Shown here: positions 34,454 to 46,396 of the stretch, piece by piece
Layout of the letters: each line of letters starts with the position of its first letter
Position numbering within the stretch: the stretch's first letter is position 1
Source of the DNA: Escherichia coli
GTDB taxonomy: Bacteria > Pseudomonadota > Gammaproteobacteria > Enterobacterales > Enterobacteriaceae
Assembly: GCF_003334785.1 (NCBI RefSeq)
Contig: NZ_QOWV01000001.1
Strand: one strand, 5' to 3'
Length of the DNA: 64,000 nucleotides
Program-made: the position numbers and the translations under genes
The notes under the pieces: generated by a model
What the model saw: only the letters and a program-made list of their open reading frames with translations
Told to the model about the DNA's origin: nothing
Databases searched by the model: none

Positions 34454-34711
34454 ATGATTATGGCGAAACTGAAGTCAGCGAAAGGGAAGAAATTTCTCTT
34501 TGGTTTGTTGGCGGTTTTCATTATTGCGGCGTCGGTTGTGACTCGCGCGACCATCGGCGGCGTTATAGAACAGTACAATATTCCGCTGTCTGAGTGGACG
34601 ACATCAATGTATGTGATTCAGTCATCGATGATTTTTGTTTATAGCCTGGTCTTTACTGTGTTGCTGGCAATCCCGTTGGGAATTTATTTCCTTGGCGGCG
34701 AAGAGCAGTAA
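34454..34711 (+). CDS. ynaJ: small inner-membrane protein (DUF2534)
   Basis: 85 aa ORF with two hydrophobic helices. Confidence 0.75.
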   Translation: MIMAKLKSAKGKKFLFGLLAVFIIAASVVTRATIGGVIEQYNIPLSEWTTSMYVIQSSMIFVYSLVFTVLLAIPLGIYFLGGEEQ

Positions 34712-34720
34712 GTAAAAAAT

Positions 34721-34740
34721 AGGCCCGATAACTCGGGCCT
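34721..34740. terminator. hairpin between convergent ynaJ and uspE (terminator-like on the uspE strand)
   Basis: aggcccg ataact cgggcct; on the minus strand the stem is followed by TATTTTTTAC. Confidence 0.6.
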
Positions 34741-34760
34741 TGTCAGTTATTGAAGAGTCG

Positions 34761-35711
34761 TTAATCGTCTTCTTCGTCATCCAGTTCAACGGGTGTCTGA
34801 TACTGGTCAGGTTTAATGACCAGCAGGTCGCAGCGAAGATGATCAATCACCTGTTCCGCCGTGTTGCCGAGGAATGCTGCTGAAATACCGGTGCGTCCTA
34901 CCGTGCCCAGAACCACAATCCCCGCCTGTAAGTGCTCCGCCAAATCAGGAATCACCTCTTCTGGCAGACCTTTTTCTACGTGCGTCATGTTTTCATTAAT
35001 GCCGAATTTCTGCCGCAGGGCTTTCATTGCCAGCAAATGTTGCCCACGAATGGCATCGTTATAAACGCTCGGGTCAAATTCCGGCAGTTCAATCGCGATA
35101 TTAATTGGCGTTACCGGATAAGCGCCAACCAGATGAACTTCGGTATGGTTGACTTGTTCTGCCAGTTCGATCGTCTCTTTGACCAGTTTTTCATTGAGCG
35201 CATTATGATACGGCTCTTCACTGGCGAGATTCACCGCCACCAGCGCCTTGCCTCCTTCCGGCCACGGCTGGTCTTTCACCATCCACACCGGGCTTGGGCA
35301 TTTGCGTAACAGATGCCAGTCCGTTGGCGTAAAAATCACCGCTTCCAGACGGTCATGTTGGTGCGCCATTTTTAGCACCAAATCGTGTCCGCCGCTGATC
35401 ACTTCCTGAATGATGGCTTCGAAAGGACGGTTATGCCAGACCACTTTAATTTCAATGGGAACGCCAGCATTGAGATAATATTTTGCCTGCTCGTGGATCC
35501 AGGCTGTACGCTGGCTGATGACGCCCTGACGCATAGCGGTACGTTCGTCCGGGGAGAGCAGGGTGGTCATTTCGTATGAGAAGTCATAGATCGGCAAAAA
35601 GGCTTTAATTTTGCCACCAATCCGTTGATGTAAATAAACAGCTCGCCGCAATGCTGGTTGGTCGTCCTGGTTAGGATCGATAACAACGAGCATGTTCTGA
35701 TACATAGCCAT
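34761..35711 (-). CDS. uspE: tandem-domain universal stress protein E
   Basis: ORF track 34761..35738; start taken at [10 protein letters not shown]; two Usp domains. Confidence 0.85.
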   Translation of the reverse strand: MAMYQNMLVVIDPNQDDQPALRRAVYLHQRIGGKIKAFLPIYDFSYEMTTLLSPDERTAMRQGVISQRTAWIHEQAKYYLNAGVPIEIKVVWHNRPFEAIIQEVISGGHDLVLKMAHQHDRLEAVIFTPTDWHLLRKCPSPVWMVKDQPWPEGGKALVAVNLASEEPYHNALNEKLVKETIELAEQVNHTEVHLVGAYPVTPINIAIELPEFDPSVYNDAIRGQHLLAMKALRQKFGINENMTHVEKGLPEEVIPDLAEHLQAGIVVLGTVGRTGISAAFLGNTAEQVIDHLRCDLLVIKPDQYQTPVELDDEEDD

Positions 35712-35862
35712 ACAGGGTCTCCTTACAACAACTGTCAACGCAGTTTGTAATTAAAAGATTAACCCATATCTGGTGAATGAAACAGTGATGAACCTTCTGC
35801 CAGATCAATAAATCAGAAAAATTTAATGATATGACAGAAGGATAGTGAGTTATGCGGAAAAA

Positions 35863-36615
35863 TCAGGCAACGTTACGCGTATGACCAGCAAGCTGGGCCA
35901 GCGCATCGTTATTTTCGATGGTGATGTATTTACCTTTGACTGCCAGCATGCCGCTTTTCTGGAAGCGACCCAGCAGACGGCTGATGGTTTCTACCGTCAG
36001 GCCCAGATAGTTACCGATATCGCCACGAGTCATCGTCAGGCGGAATTCACGAGGGGAGAAGCCGCGTTGGGCAAAACGACGGGACAGGTTGTAGATGAAT
36101 GCAGCCAGACGTTCCTCGGCATTTTTCTTCGACAACAGCAGGATCATGTCCTGATCGCCTTTGATTTCACCGCTCATCAGACGCATCATCTGCTGACGCA
36201 GATTCGGCATTTTACCGGACAAATCGTCCAGCGTTTCGAACGGGATTTCACATACCATCGAGGTTTCCAGCGCCTGCGCGAAGCTCGGGTGATGGCCGCT
36301 GCCGATGGCGTCAAATCCCACCAGGTCGCCTGCTAAATGGAAACCAGTGATTTGCTCGTCGCCTTGCTCAGTGATGGTATAACTTTTAATCGTACCGGAG
36401 CGGATGGCATAAAGCGATTTAAGTTCATCACCAGCCTTAAACAGCGTCTGGCCTTTCTGAATAGGCTTCTTCCGCTCAATGATATTATCAAGCTGATCAA
36501 GCTCATGTTCGTTGAGTGTGAACGGGATGCAAAGCTGGCTGATGCTGCAATCCTGGCAATGGATAGCACAACCGCCAGACTGAATGCGCCGTATAATTCG
36601 CTTTTCCGGGATCAT
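35863..36615 (-). CDS. fnr: CRP/FNR-family oxygen-responsive global regulator FNR
   Basis: ORF track 35863..36672 (TTG-extended); start taken at [10 protein letters not shown]; N-terminal Cys cluster CAIHCQDC for the 4Fe-4S sensor. Confidence 0.9.
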
Positions 36616-36634
36616 AGGTCTGCTCAAGCCGTAA

Positions 36635-36648
36635 TTGATATTTGTCAA
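36635..36648. promoter_or_regulatory. FNR-box-like dyad in the fnr 5' region (autoregulation site candidate)
   Basis: TTGAT-ATTT-GTCAA (consensus TTGAT-N4-ATCAA), 19 nt upstream of fnr ATG. Confidence 0.55.
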
Positions 36649-36809
36649 TTTTAACATCTTTTTAGGGAGCAAGTAAGTCTAAGCAAACCTTAACAGCAGA
36701 GAATTCCGATATTAGATGTAAATATATGTCTATCTATTTGAAAACCCTTAAGTTGTTAAGGGTAACTTTACATAAAAGTGTGAACAAGCTGGCACAAATT
36801 GTTTAATGT

Positions 36810-37325
36810 TTACAGCAAAAGATAACCTTCATGGCGCAATAACCACTCTTTTCGCTGAACTCCGCCTGCATATCCGGTCATGGTGCCGTTTCGGCCAATA
36901 ACCCGATGGCAAGGTACGACGATGCTGATGGGATTCGATCCGTTTGCCGCACCAACGGCACGCGCCGCGCCAGGACGGCCCAATTGCTCAGCCAGTTGGC
37001 CGTAATGCATTACCTGCCCGCAGGGGATAGTGCGTAGTGTTTTCCAGACTTCGCGCTGAAATGGCGTCCCCCCCGTAGCAGTGGGAAGCGTATCAATAAT
37101 GCTAAGATTACCGGCAAAATATTCACGAAGCTTGTCGCTTAAACCGCCTGGATTGGTGGCAGAAATGCGCTCATAGCCTTCTTTGCGATAATGGATGTCC
37201 AGCAGCTGCACCATGCGTTCGCTGTACTCTTCCCATTCAACCGCCCGCAGGCGAAATTGCTCATCGCAAATCACCCACAGTGGACCCAGTGGCGTGGCAA
37301 TTTTTTCTTCAAGTAATCTCAGCAT
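36810..37325 (-). CDS. ogt: O6-alkylguanine-DNA alkyltransferase
   Basis: 171 aa ORF with active-site PCHRV motif. Confidence 0.9.
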
Positions 37326-37335
37326 CCGTTCTCTC

Positions 37336-38862
37336 TTAAGACAAACGTGGGTAAATACCCGGACCTATCGGCAGACCGACAAGATACCACGCCAGCAACA
37401 TCAGCAGCCATACCACCAAAAAGATAAGTGGATAGGGCAAGACTAACGAATAGTAAGTACCCAGTTTCGCGTCTGGTTTGTAGCGTTGCAGGAATCCAAG
37501 AAACAGTGGAACAAAAGGAGATACCGGCGCTAAAGGCAATACGGATGAGTCGGCAATACGAAAGAGGATTTGCGCAAATGCCGGGTGAAAGCCAAGTAGC
37601 ATAAACATTGGTACGAAAATGGGGGCAAGAATCGACCAGATTGCGGAACCGCTGGCAATAAACATGCATAAGAAAGAGGAAAGCAACGCCAGACCGACAA
37701 ACGCCGGGATGCCGCTAAGCCCTGAACTTTCCAGTATATCGGTCAGCCCCACGGCGATGAATTTCCCCATGTTGCTCCAGTTAAACATGGCGACAAATTG
37801 GGCGAGGGGAAAAACCATCACGATAAATCCCGCCATCTCTTTCATCGGTTCAATCATTAAATGCGGTAAATCCGCCTGACGTCGAATTGTGCGGGTAGCG
37901 ATGCCATAAGCCAGCGAGACAACAAAGAAAAAAAGAATGATCAGTGGCACGATACCTTTAATAAAGGGTGATGGCATCACGGTGTGATTAATCGGATCGC
38001 GCAATATCCCGTTTTGCGGGATCACCATCAGCGCAATCGCAGCAATAAAAAGTAGCGATACGACACCTGCTATGCGTAAACCAAAACGCTGACTTTCGGT
38101 CAATGTCTGCAGTTTCTCATCGCTGTTTCCCTGCCATTGACCTAACCGTGGCTCGATGATTTTGTCGGTTATCAGGCCGCCAACAATCGTCAGTACGACT
38201 ACGGAGCTGGCCATAAAATACCAGTTATCAATTACACTGACGTGCATTTGCGGATTGAACGCAGCTGCCGCTTCCGTGCTGATCCCCGACAGCAACACGT
38301 CGGTTGTGACAATCAGTAAATTAGCCGTAAAGCCGCAACCTACGCCTGCAATGGCAGCCAGTAAACCTGCAACTGGATGCCTGCCCACCGCCAGAAAAAT
38401 CAGCGCACCCATCGGTGGCATGATCACTAACGCCGCATCGGAAGAAATGTGGCTGAAAAAAGCAATAAACAGCACCATATAACTGGCGTAGCGGGCATTA
38501 ACATGCGATGCCATTTTAACCATTAGTGCTGGCAGTAAGCCGACGCGCTCCGCCAGACCGGCACCTAAAACCAGCGCCAGGATCGCACCAAGTGGAGCAA
38601 AACCGCTAAAGTTTTTAATAACATTGGGTAAAAACCAGTGTAATCCTTCCACACTGAGCAGGTTTTTCACCACGACCGGCGTACCATCGGTCGGGTTTTT
38701 CGCACTGACGCCAAAGGCCGACAAAATTGCCGTCGTCACCATGAGTACGATAATCAAATAGATAAAGAGCAGAAAAGGATGGGGAACCTTGTTACCAATT
38801 CTTTCGACCCAGCCATAGAGCTTCCCGGATTGGGAGGACGACGGTATGGATGACATACTCAT
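37336..38862 (-). CDS. abgT: p-aminobenzoyl-glutamate transporter (AbgT family)
   Basis: ORF track 37336..38868; polytopic membrane protein. Confidence 0.85.
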
Positions 38863-38898
38863 GGGCATTCCTCGGTTGTTGTGTTTGCGTTGTTGTTG

Positions 38899-40344
38899 TT
38901 ATTTTAAAGGTGACGGTGTCACGTTTTTCGGGATAGGGCAGTGATACGGTTGCGTGTCCGTTACTTGCTGATGCTCTTGTTGGCATTCTTGCAATAGCCC
39001 TGAATCAAGGAAGAGATTGACTGTGGTTGCTGCCATAGTTTTCGCCGCCAGCAGCATTCCTTTATGAGCAATAGATGTTCGCCCCTGGCTAACCAGTTGC
39101 CACGTATGTAGCGGTGTACCGACGGCAAAACAGGGGCTGAAACACTGGGCAACAGGCAGTTTCCAACTGACGTCGCCGACATCAGTCGATGCCGCAAGCA
39201 CGTTATCGGTGGCGGCATATGGAGCGACTTCATTCGCCAGTACCGTTTCACGATGACGTAGTGCAAAAACCTTGCCGTTTTCGCCACCGGTTGCGGCGAT
39301 ATTATTCAGACTGTTTTGCCGATCGTTGGAGGTGAGCGTAGCCTGAATTTGTTTCGCAAAAGCCAGTTCTTCGGAGTTCCATTCCGGGGTACCAAAATGG
39401 GATAGGGCCTGGTACATGGCATTTTCTAAGGTGCGATTCGGGAGATAACTGGAACAGGCTTTGTCGAAGCGGCATTCAACCGTGGTTTCGGTCATCAATG
39501 CCGCACCTTCGGCGATTTTGGCGACCCGATCATAAATATGCTGCACGTCGGTCATTTCGGGGGCGCGGATAAGATAAAGCACTTCTGCCTGCGCCTGGAC
39601 CACGTTGGGCGAGATCCCGCCGCTATTTGTGATGGCATAGTGTACGCGCGCTTTTTCAATAATATGTTCGTTGAGGAAGTTGGTGCCAGTGGTCATCAAC
39701 GTTACGGCATCAAGGGCGCTGCGTCCCAAATGAGGGGAATTCGCGGCATGTGCTGCGATCCCTTTAAAGCGCCATGATGCCTGAATGTTTGCCAGCGTGC
39801 GGGTATTGAACATACCGGCAAAGGCTTCCGGGTGCCAGGTGAGTGCCGCATCCACATCATCAAATACCCCCTCGCGAACCATGAACGTTTTACCCGAGCC
39901 GCCTTCTTCGCCAGGACAACCCTAAAAGCGCACCGTGCCGCCTTGCCCATATTGTTCCAGCCATTTCTTGACGGCTATTGCAGCGGCAAAGGCGGCGGTT
40001 CCCAGCAAATTGTGTCCGCAACCGTGACCATTTTCACCGGGCGTCACGGATGTAGGTTGCGCGCAACCTGCTTGCTGACTTAAACCTGCCAGGGCGTCAT
40101 ATTCTCCCAGCAGGGCGATAACCGGTTTGCCTTGACCAAACGAAGCAATAAAGGCATTTGGGATATTGCCTACGTTGCGGGTAACGGTGAAGCCTGCAGA
40201 TTCCAGCGCCGAAGCCAGATGCTCCGCTGACCAGAACTCTTCAAAACGTGTTTCTGGATGATCCCAGATTTGATCGGCAATATCGGTATAACGTTGGCGA
40301 TCGGCTTCAATCGCATCGTCGATAAAACGATAGATTTCCTGCAT
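38899..40344 (-). pseudogene. abgB: M20-family aminobenzoyl-glutamate hydrolase subunit B interrupted by an in-frame TAG
   Basis: ORFs 39922..40344 and 38899..39882 are in the same frame; translation across the gap reads ...GTVRF-*-GCPGEEGGSGKTFMVREGVFDD..., i.e. a single amber codon (plus-strand cta at 39922-39924). Confidence 0.75.
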
Positions 40345-41654
40345 CAGATACCTCGCGTCCAGGGAAAATTGAGCGCGGTGCGCGCCAGCGTTTCGACGGC
40401 AATAGCGAGAACCTGCTCGTCAAAATCGAATTTTTCGTTGTGATGACCTGCCGCCAGCTGTGTGCCAAACACCACGTAGGAGGCTTGCCCTTGATGTTGC
40501 TGCACGCGGGCCATCATTAATGTGGCATCTTCGGAACCCGCAGGCGCTTCAACACGTTCAATGGCCTGATTGACCCCCGCGACCTGAGCCGCCTGACTTT
40601 GCAACCATGCGACCCATTGCGGCGAAGGAGAACTGGCGGTAGCTGCACCCATCAGACGAGTTTCAACGCCGACACCATACATGGTTGCTGCGCCCTGAAT
40701 CGCTTGTTGTGCACGGTCAAAAACATATTGATTAATGACGTCGCTGGCCCCGCGTGTTTCCACTTTCAGCAACGCCGAGGCAGGAACAACGTTACGACCG
40801 CTTCCTGCCTGCATAACGCCCACGTTTACTCTGGAAGCTCCTTCGCTGTGCGGGGCGATTGCATGCAGTGCAAGAGTGGCTTGTGCTGCCGCCAACAAGG
40901 CATTGTGACCGTCTTCTGGTTTTGCGCCTGCGTGAGCGGCGGTACCGGTGAAGTGCGCGTCAAATTTGGTGGTTGCCATAAAATTATCACTGCCGCACAC
41001 CACGGTGCCCGCAGGTACGCCAGTGCCAATGTGCACGGCAGTAAAATAATCAACATCATCTACGACACCTGCATCGACCATCGCCCGCGCGCCACGCGTA
41101 CCTTCCTCTGCAGGCTGAAAAATCAGTTTGATGACGCCATGTAGTCCGGACTCGAACTGTTTAAGGGTATGCGCCAGCCCAAGCCCAATGGCGGTATGTC
41201 CATCATGACCACAGGCATGCATCATTCCGGCGTTACATGACGCAAAACCGTCGCGGTAGGGGCGATGGCTGACATCCTGCTCTTCACTGAGATCCAGCGC
41301 GTCCATATCGACACGGAAAGCCATCACCGGACCGGGGCGACCGGTATCCAGGGTGGCGACGATACCAGTGAAACCACCTTCAAAAGCCGCAATCCATTGT
41401 GCTAGCGCACCCTGTTGACGAGCGCGCTCGAATTCGCGTTGTAGAGTGAATTCATCAGGTAATCCCATCCGGCTACTTTCATTAACTACTTCGCGACCCA
41501 GCGCCAGTGAATAGCCGAGCTGGTGCAATTCTTCCGCAACAAGGGTGGCGGTGCGGAATTCCACCCAGCCAGACTCTGCATAGTGATGAAAATCACGTCG
41601 CCAGTGCGATAATTTTGGGGCAAGCGAATTAACAAATTGATTCAAAGACTCCAT
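40344..41654 (-). CDS. abgA: M20-family aminobenzoyl-glutamate hydrolase subunit A
   Basis: ORF track 40344..41669; start taken at MESLNQFVN. Confidence 0.85.
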   Translation of the reverse strand: MESLNQFVNSLAPKLSHWRRDFHHYAESGWVEFRTATLVAEELHQLGYSLALGREVVNESSRMGLPDEFTLQREFERARQQGALAQWIAAFEGGFTGIVATLDTGRPGPVMAFRVDMDALDLSEEQDVSHRPYRDGFASCNAGMMHACGHDGHTAIGLGLAHTLKQFESGLHGVIKLIFQPAEEGTRGARAMVDAGVVDDVDYFTAVHIGTGVPAGTVVCGSDNFMATTKFDAHFTGTAAHAGAKPEDGHNALLAAAQATLALHAIAPHSEGASRVNVGVMQAGSGRNVVPASALLKVETRGASDVINQYVFDRAQQAIQGAATMYGVGVETRLMGAATASSPSPQWVAWLQSQAAQVAGVNQAIERVEAPAGSEDATLMMARVQQHQGQASYVVFGTQLAAGHHNEKFDFDEQVLAIAVETLARTALNFPWTRGI

Positions 41655-41829
41655 AACCTTTCCCGTCATCAGTAAAAAGTGTGACCCGGTTCACGTAGCG
41701 ATAGTTTTTACTTATCACTAACTGATTTTTCACAGTTTTAACCGTTCATAAATTACCCTGACACAATCATCTGCATTAAAGTAGATGCCAGTTTCTTTGG
41801 TCTGATAAATAACGGTTATCGGTGGCGTC

Positions 41830-42738
41830 ATGGCTTTTCAGGTAAAAATTCATCAAATTCGGGCTTTTGTTGAAGTGGCTCGTCAGGGCAGCATTCGCGG
41901 AGCGAGCCGAATGTTGAATATGTCGCAACCGGCACTGAGTAAATCTATTCAGGAGCTAGAAGAAGGGTTAGCGGCGCAACTCTTTTTTCGCCGTAGTAAA
42001 GGCGTGACGTTAACTGATGCCGGTGAAAGTTTTTATCAGCACGCCAGTCTAATTCTTGAAGAGCTGCGCGCAGCCCAAGAGGATATTCGCCAACGACAAG
42101 GGCAACTGGCAGGGCAGATTAATATCGGCATGGGGGCCAGTATTTCCCGCAGTCTGATGCCAGCTGTCATATCTCGTTTTCATCAGCAGCATCCGCAGGT
42201 AAAAGTACGCATTATGGAAGGGCAACTGGTGTCGATGATTAATGAATTGCGTCAGGGAGAATTGGATTTCACCATCAATACCTATTATCAGGGACCGTAC
42301 GACCACGAATTTACTTTTGAGAAATTACTGGAAAAGCAATTCGCGATCTTTTGCCGCCCGGGACACCCCGCCATTGGTGCCCGTTCGATCAAACAGTTAC
42401 TGGATTACAGCTGGACAATGCCGACGCCACACGGCAGCTACTACAAACAGTTGAGTGAATTGCTTGACGATCAGGCGCAAACGCCACAGGTCGGTGTAGT
42501 CTGCGAGACGTTCTCAGCCTGTATCAGTCTGGTGGCAAAAAGCGATTTTCTCAGCATACTGCCTGAAGAAATGGGCTGCGATCCCTTGCACGGACAGGGG
42601 CTGGTGATGTTGCCGGTTAGCGAAATTTTACCGAAAGCGGCCTATTATTTGATTCAGCGGCGTGATAGTCGCCAGACACCACTGACCGCGTCATTAATCA
42701 CGCAATTCCGGCGAGAATGCGGCTATCTGCAAAGTTAA
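41830..42738 (+). CDS. abgR: LysR-family regulator of abg operon
   Basis: 302 aa ORF, HTH plus LysR substrate domain; divergent from abgA. Confidence 0.85.
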   Translation: MAFQVKIHQIRAFVEVARQGSIRGASRMLNMSQPALSKSIQELEEGLAAQLFFRRSKGVTLTDAGESFYQHASLILEELRAAQEDIRQRQGQLAGQINIGMGASISRSLMPAVISRFHQQHPQVKVRIMEGQLVSMINELRQGELDFTINTYYQGPYDHEFTFEKLLEKQFAIFCRPGHPAIGARSIKQLLDYSWTMPTPHGSYYKQLSELLDDQAQTPQVGVVCETFSACISLVAKSDFLSILPEEMGCDPLHGQGLVMLPVSEILPKAAYYLIQRRDSRQTPLTASLITQFRRECGYLQS

Positions 42739-42745
42739 AACTGCA

Positions 42746-42840
42746 TAAAAAAATAGAGTCTGTCGACATCCGCCAGACTCTACAGTACACACAGCAGTGC
42801 ATCCGCGTCTTAAATCCGGCATTGTCTCCTCTGCGCCGGT
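42746..42840 (-). ncRNA. mcaS: small RNA McaS (IsrA)
   Basis: Minus-strand sequence ACCGGCGCAGAGGAGACAATGCCGGATTTAAGACGCGGATGCACTGCTGTGTGTACTGTAGAGTCTGGCGGATGTCGACAGACTCTATTTTTTTAT recognised from memory; ends in hairpin plus U-run; sits between abgR and smrA. Confidence 0.8.
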
Positions 42841-43067
42841 GACTGTGTTATAACGGTTTTAACCTTTAGTTGCCAATTTTCTTCAGTGACAGATTTCACG
42901 AAAATATAAGTTACATTATTAATATCGTGAATGAATAATCATGCATAAGTATTTTGCTTAAAATATCGGCAATATTTGGAACTTATTACTGGAAATTTGG
43001 GTAATACGTTGTTGGACCGACCCGGTCTGGTTATCATATCGCGCTCTTAATTGCGGGAGGATGTAAC

Positions 43068-43631
43068 ATGAACCTTGACGACAAATCGCTGTTTCTTGAC
43101 GCCATGGAAGATGTCCAGCCGCTGAAACGTGCTACCGATGTCCACTGGCATCCAACGCGTAACCAACGTGCGCCGCAGCGTATCGACACGCTGCAGCTTG
43201 ATAATTTCCTCACCACCGGATTTCTCGACATCATCCCACTAAGTCAGCCGCTGGAGTTTCGGCGGGAAGGGTTGCAACATGGGGTGCTGGATAAGCTGCG
43301 CAGTGGTAAATATCCGCAACAGGCGAGCCTGAATCTTTTGCGCCAGCCGGTGGAAGAGTGCCGCAAAATGGTGTTCAGTTTTATTCAACAAGCCCTGGCG
43401 GATGGTTTGCGTAACGTGCTGATTATTCATGGTAAAGGGCGGGATGATAAATCGCATGCCAATATTGTCCGCAGCTATGTGGCGCGCTGGCTGACCGAAT
43501 TTGATGATGTTCAGGCATATTGCACCGCGCTACCGCATCATGGCGGCAGCGGGGCGTGTTACGTCGCACTACGTAAAACGGCGCAGGCGAAGCAAGAAAA
43601 CTGGGAGCGCCACGCTAAGCGCAGTCGTTGA
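43068..43631 (+). CDS. smrA: Smr-domain DNA endonuclease
   Basis: 187 aa ORF with C-terminal Smr domain (LIIHGKG). Confidence 0.8.
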   Translation: MNLDDKSLFLDAMEDVQPLKRATDVHWHPTRNQRAPQRIDTLQLDNFLTTGFLDIIPLSQPLEFRREGLQHGVLDKLRSGKYPQQASLNLLRQPVEECRKMVFSFIQQALADGLRNVLIIHGKGRDDKSHANIVRSYVARWLTEFDDVQAYCTALPHHGGSGACYVALRKTAQAKQENWERHAKRSR

Positions 43632-43651
43632 TCTCGAGACGCATCCGCGGC

Positions 43652-44884
43652 TTATGCCGCCAGCACGCGGTTGCGTCCATCATTTTTCGCCCGATACAAA
43701 GCATCATCAACGCGTTTAAACAGTTCATCGATGCTTTCATTTCCTTCGTGATGCGCCACACCAATGCTGACGGTAAAGCGTGGTAAGCCCGAAATACTCA
43801 CTTTTGCCACGCTTACGCGGATAGTTTCAGCCAGCGAAAGCGCGGTATCCAGTGGGGTTCTTGGTAGCAATAAGACAAACTCTTCGCCTCCCCAACGAAA
43901 CACCAAATCGCCTTTGCGAGCGCAACTTTCGAGGGTGCGGGCGAGGGCGCATAACACCTCATCACCTTTAGAATGCCCATAGAGATCGTTAATGTGTTTA
44001 AAACGATCGGTGTCGATGAGCAACAAGCTGTAATCCTGAGCGATGGCGAGATGCTGCATTTGGCCTGGTTCCGTAATGTGATAAAACTGTCGCCGATTCA
44101 GTAATCCGGTCATCGCGTCATGGTGAGCAGCATGTTCCAGCTGCTCCTCCAGCCGTTTTTGCTCAGTAATATCATGCACAATACATAACATGAGCTTGTC
44201 GCCATAAATTTCAATCGGTCCGGCATAGGTCTGCACATGACGAGTCGAACCATCCGCCAGTTTATGAACAAAATTCAAAGGTTTATGACCACCGGGTAAA
44301 TGCGAGATTTCATGCATGATAGGCATGACGCGACGCCCGAGCATATTTATTTCCCAGGTATGTTTCTGGCACATCGTTTCATGGTTATAACCATAGAAAT
44401 TGAGCGCGGCGAGGTTAGCATCGACGATTTGTCCATCTCGTGACGGGTCAATCAACAACATTGGTGCAGAGTTAGTCAGAAAAAAGCGCGCATAAAAACC
44501 TTGTTTTTTGCGCTGATAATTTGCCGAGCGACTGGCTTTTAAACCCAGCGTTGCCGGCGCTTCGATACCTTCGAAAATAATCACCGGTTCTGTTTCTGTC
44601 AGCTTTCGCAAAACAAGCCGACAGCTCAATGCTGTTTCCTCTTCTTTACGCTGAACAGTGAGGATTTCGATAATATCGTGTTGGTTTTGCAGATCGGAGA
44701 GGTATTTCGGCAGTTCTTTTTGTGAGGAGACGGAATAGGGTCCGGTTCGTAGCTGACTAAACGTGAGGTCTTGCATCAACAGTTTCGCCGCGCTATTGGC
44801 ATAAATTAACTGTTCCTCAAAGGGCGAAACGATCCAGACAGGACTGGTGAGTAAGTCCAGGGTATTGAAGTTGTGCGTAATCAT
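43652..44884 (-). CDS. dgcM: PAS-GGDEF diguanylate cyclase
   Basis: ORF track 43652..44944; start taken at MITHNFNTL; GGEEF active-site motif present (RWGGEEFVLLL). Confidence 0.8.
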   Translation of the reverse strand: MITHNFNTLDLLTSPVWIVSPFEEQLIYANSAAKLLMQDLTFSQLRTGPYSVSSQKELPKYLSDLQNQHDIIEILTVQRKEEETALSCRLVLRKLTETEPVIIFEGIEAPATLGLKASRSANYQRKKQGFYARFFLTNSAPMLLIDPSRDGQIVDANLAALNFYGYNHETMCQKHTWEINMLGRRVMPIMHEISHLPGGHKPLNFVHKLADGSTRHVQTYAGPIEIYGDKLMLCIVHDITEQKRLEEQLEHAAHHDAMTGLLNRRQFYHITEPGQMQHLAIAQDYSLLLIDTDRFKHINDLYGHSKGDEVLCALARTLESCARKGDLVFRWGGEEFVLLLPRTPLDTALSLAETIRVSVAKVSISGLPRFTVSIGVAHHEGNESIDELFKRVDDALYRAKNDGRNRVLAA

Positions 44885-45117
44885 TGAGATCCCGTTATTT
44901 TTATCAATTTTTGTTGCTATCCGATCGCAAAAAAGCCACGTCATATGATCAGATAATTCTGATAATGATAGACGCTATTTAACACTTCACACGGTTTGTA
45001 TACGGAAAAGCATTTTGCTTTTTGTATTCAATTTAGACAGAATTTTATTAATCATTTCAGGGTAATGGGGTGATGAGATGTTGCGTAACAGGGCCAGAAG
45101 GCTAGACTACAAAATAA

Positions 45118-46122
<1,005 letters not shown>

Positions 46123-46168
46123 CAAAAGCAATTTTTCCGGCTGTCTGTATACAAAAACGCCGCAAAGT

Positions 46169-46182
46169 TTGAGCGAAGTCAA
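46169..46182. promoter_or_regulatory. FNR box centred about -42 of FnrS
   Basis: TTGAG-CGAA-GTCAA (consensus TTGAT-N4-ATCAA), 35 nt upstream of the FnrS 5' end; class II activation spacing. Confidence 0.65.
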
Positions 46183-46217
46183 TAAACTCTCTACCCATTC
46201 AGGGCAATATCTCTCTT

Positions 46218-46339
46218 GCAGGTGAATGCAACGTCAAGCGATGGGCGTTGCGCTCCATATTGTCTTACTTCCTTTTTTGAATTACTGCATAGCACAATTG
46301 ATTCGTACGACGCCGACTTTGATGAGTCGGCTTTTTTTT
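46218..46339 (+). ncRNA. fnrS: FNR-activated small RNA FnrS
   Basis: GCAGGTGAATGCAACGTCAAGCGATGGGCGTTGCGCTCCATATTGTC...GACGCCGACTTTGATGAGTCGGCTTTTTTTT recognised from memory; terminal hairpin plus U8. Confidence 0.8.
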
Positions 46340-46396
46340 GCCTGTTATTTATCAGCGTCTACCCTTTAAGAGTCCACCCAATGACCAGAGGGAAAT

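Noticed and set aside
36616-36672. N-terminally extended FNR (269 aa) as given by the ORF track
   Set aside because: The extension starts at a non-ATG codon and runs through the FNR-box/promoter region; the conserved start [10 protein letters not shown] gives the canonical 250-aa protein
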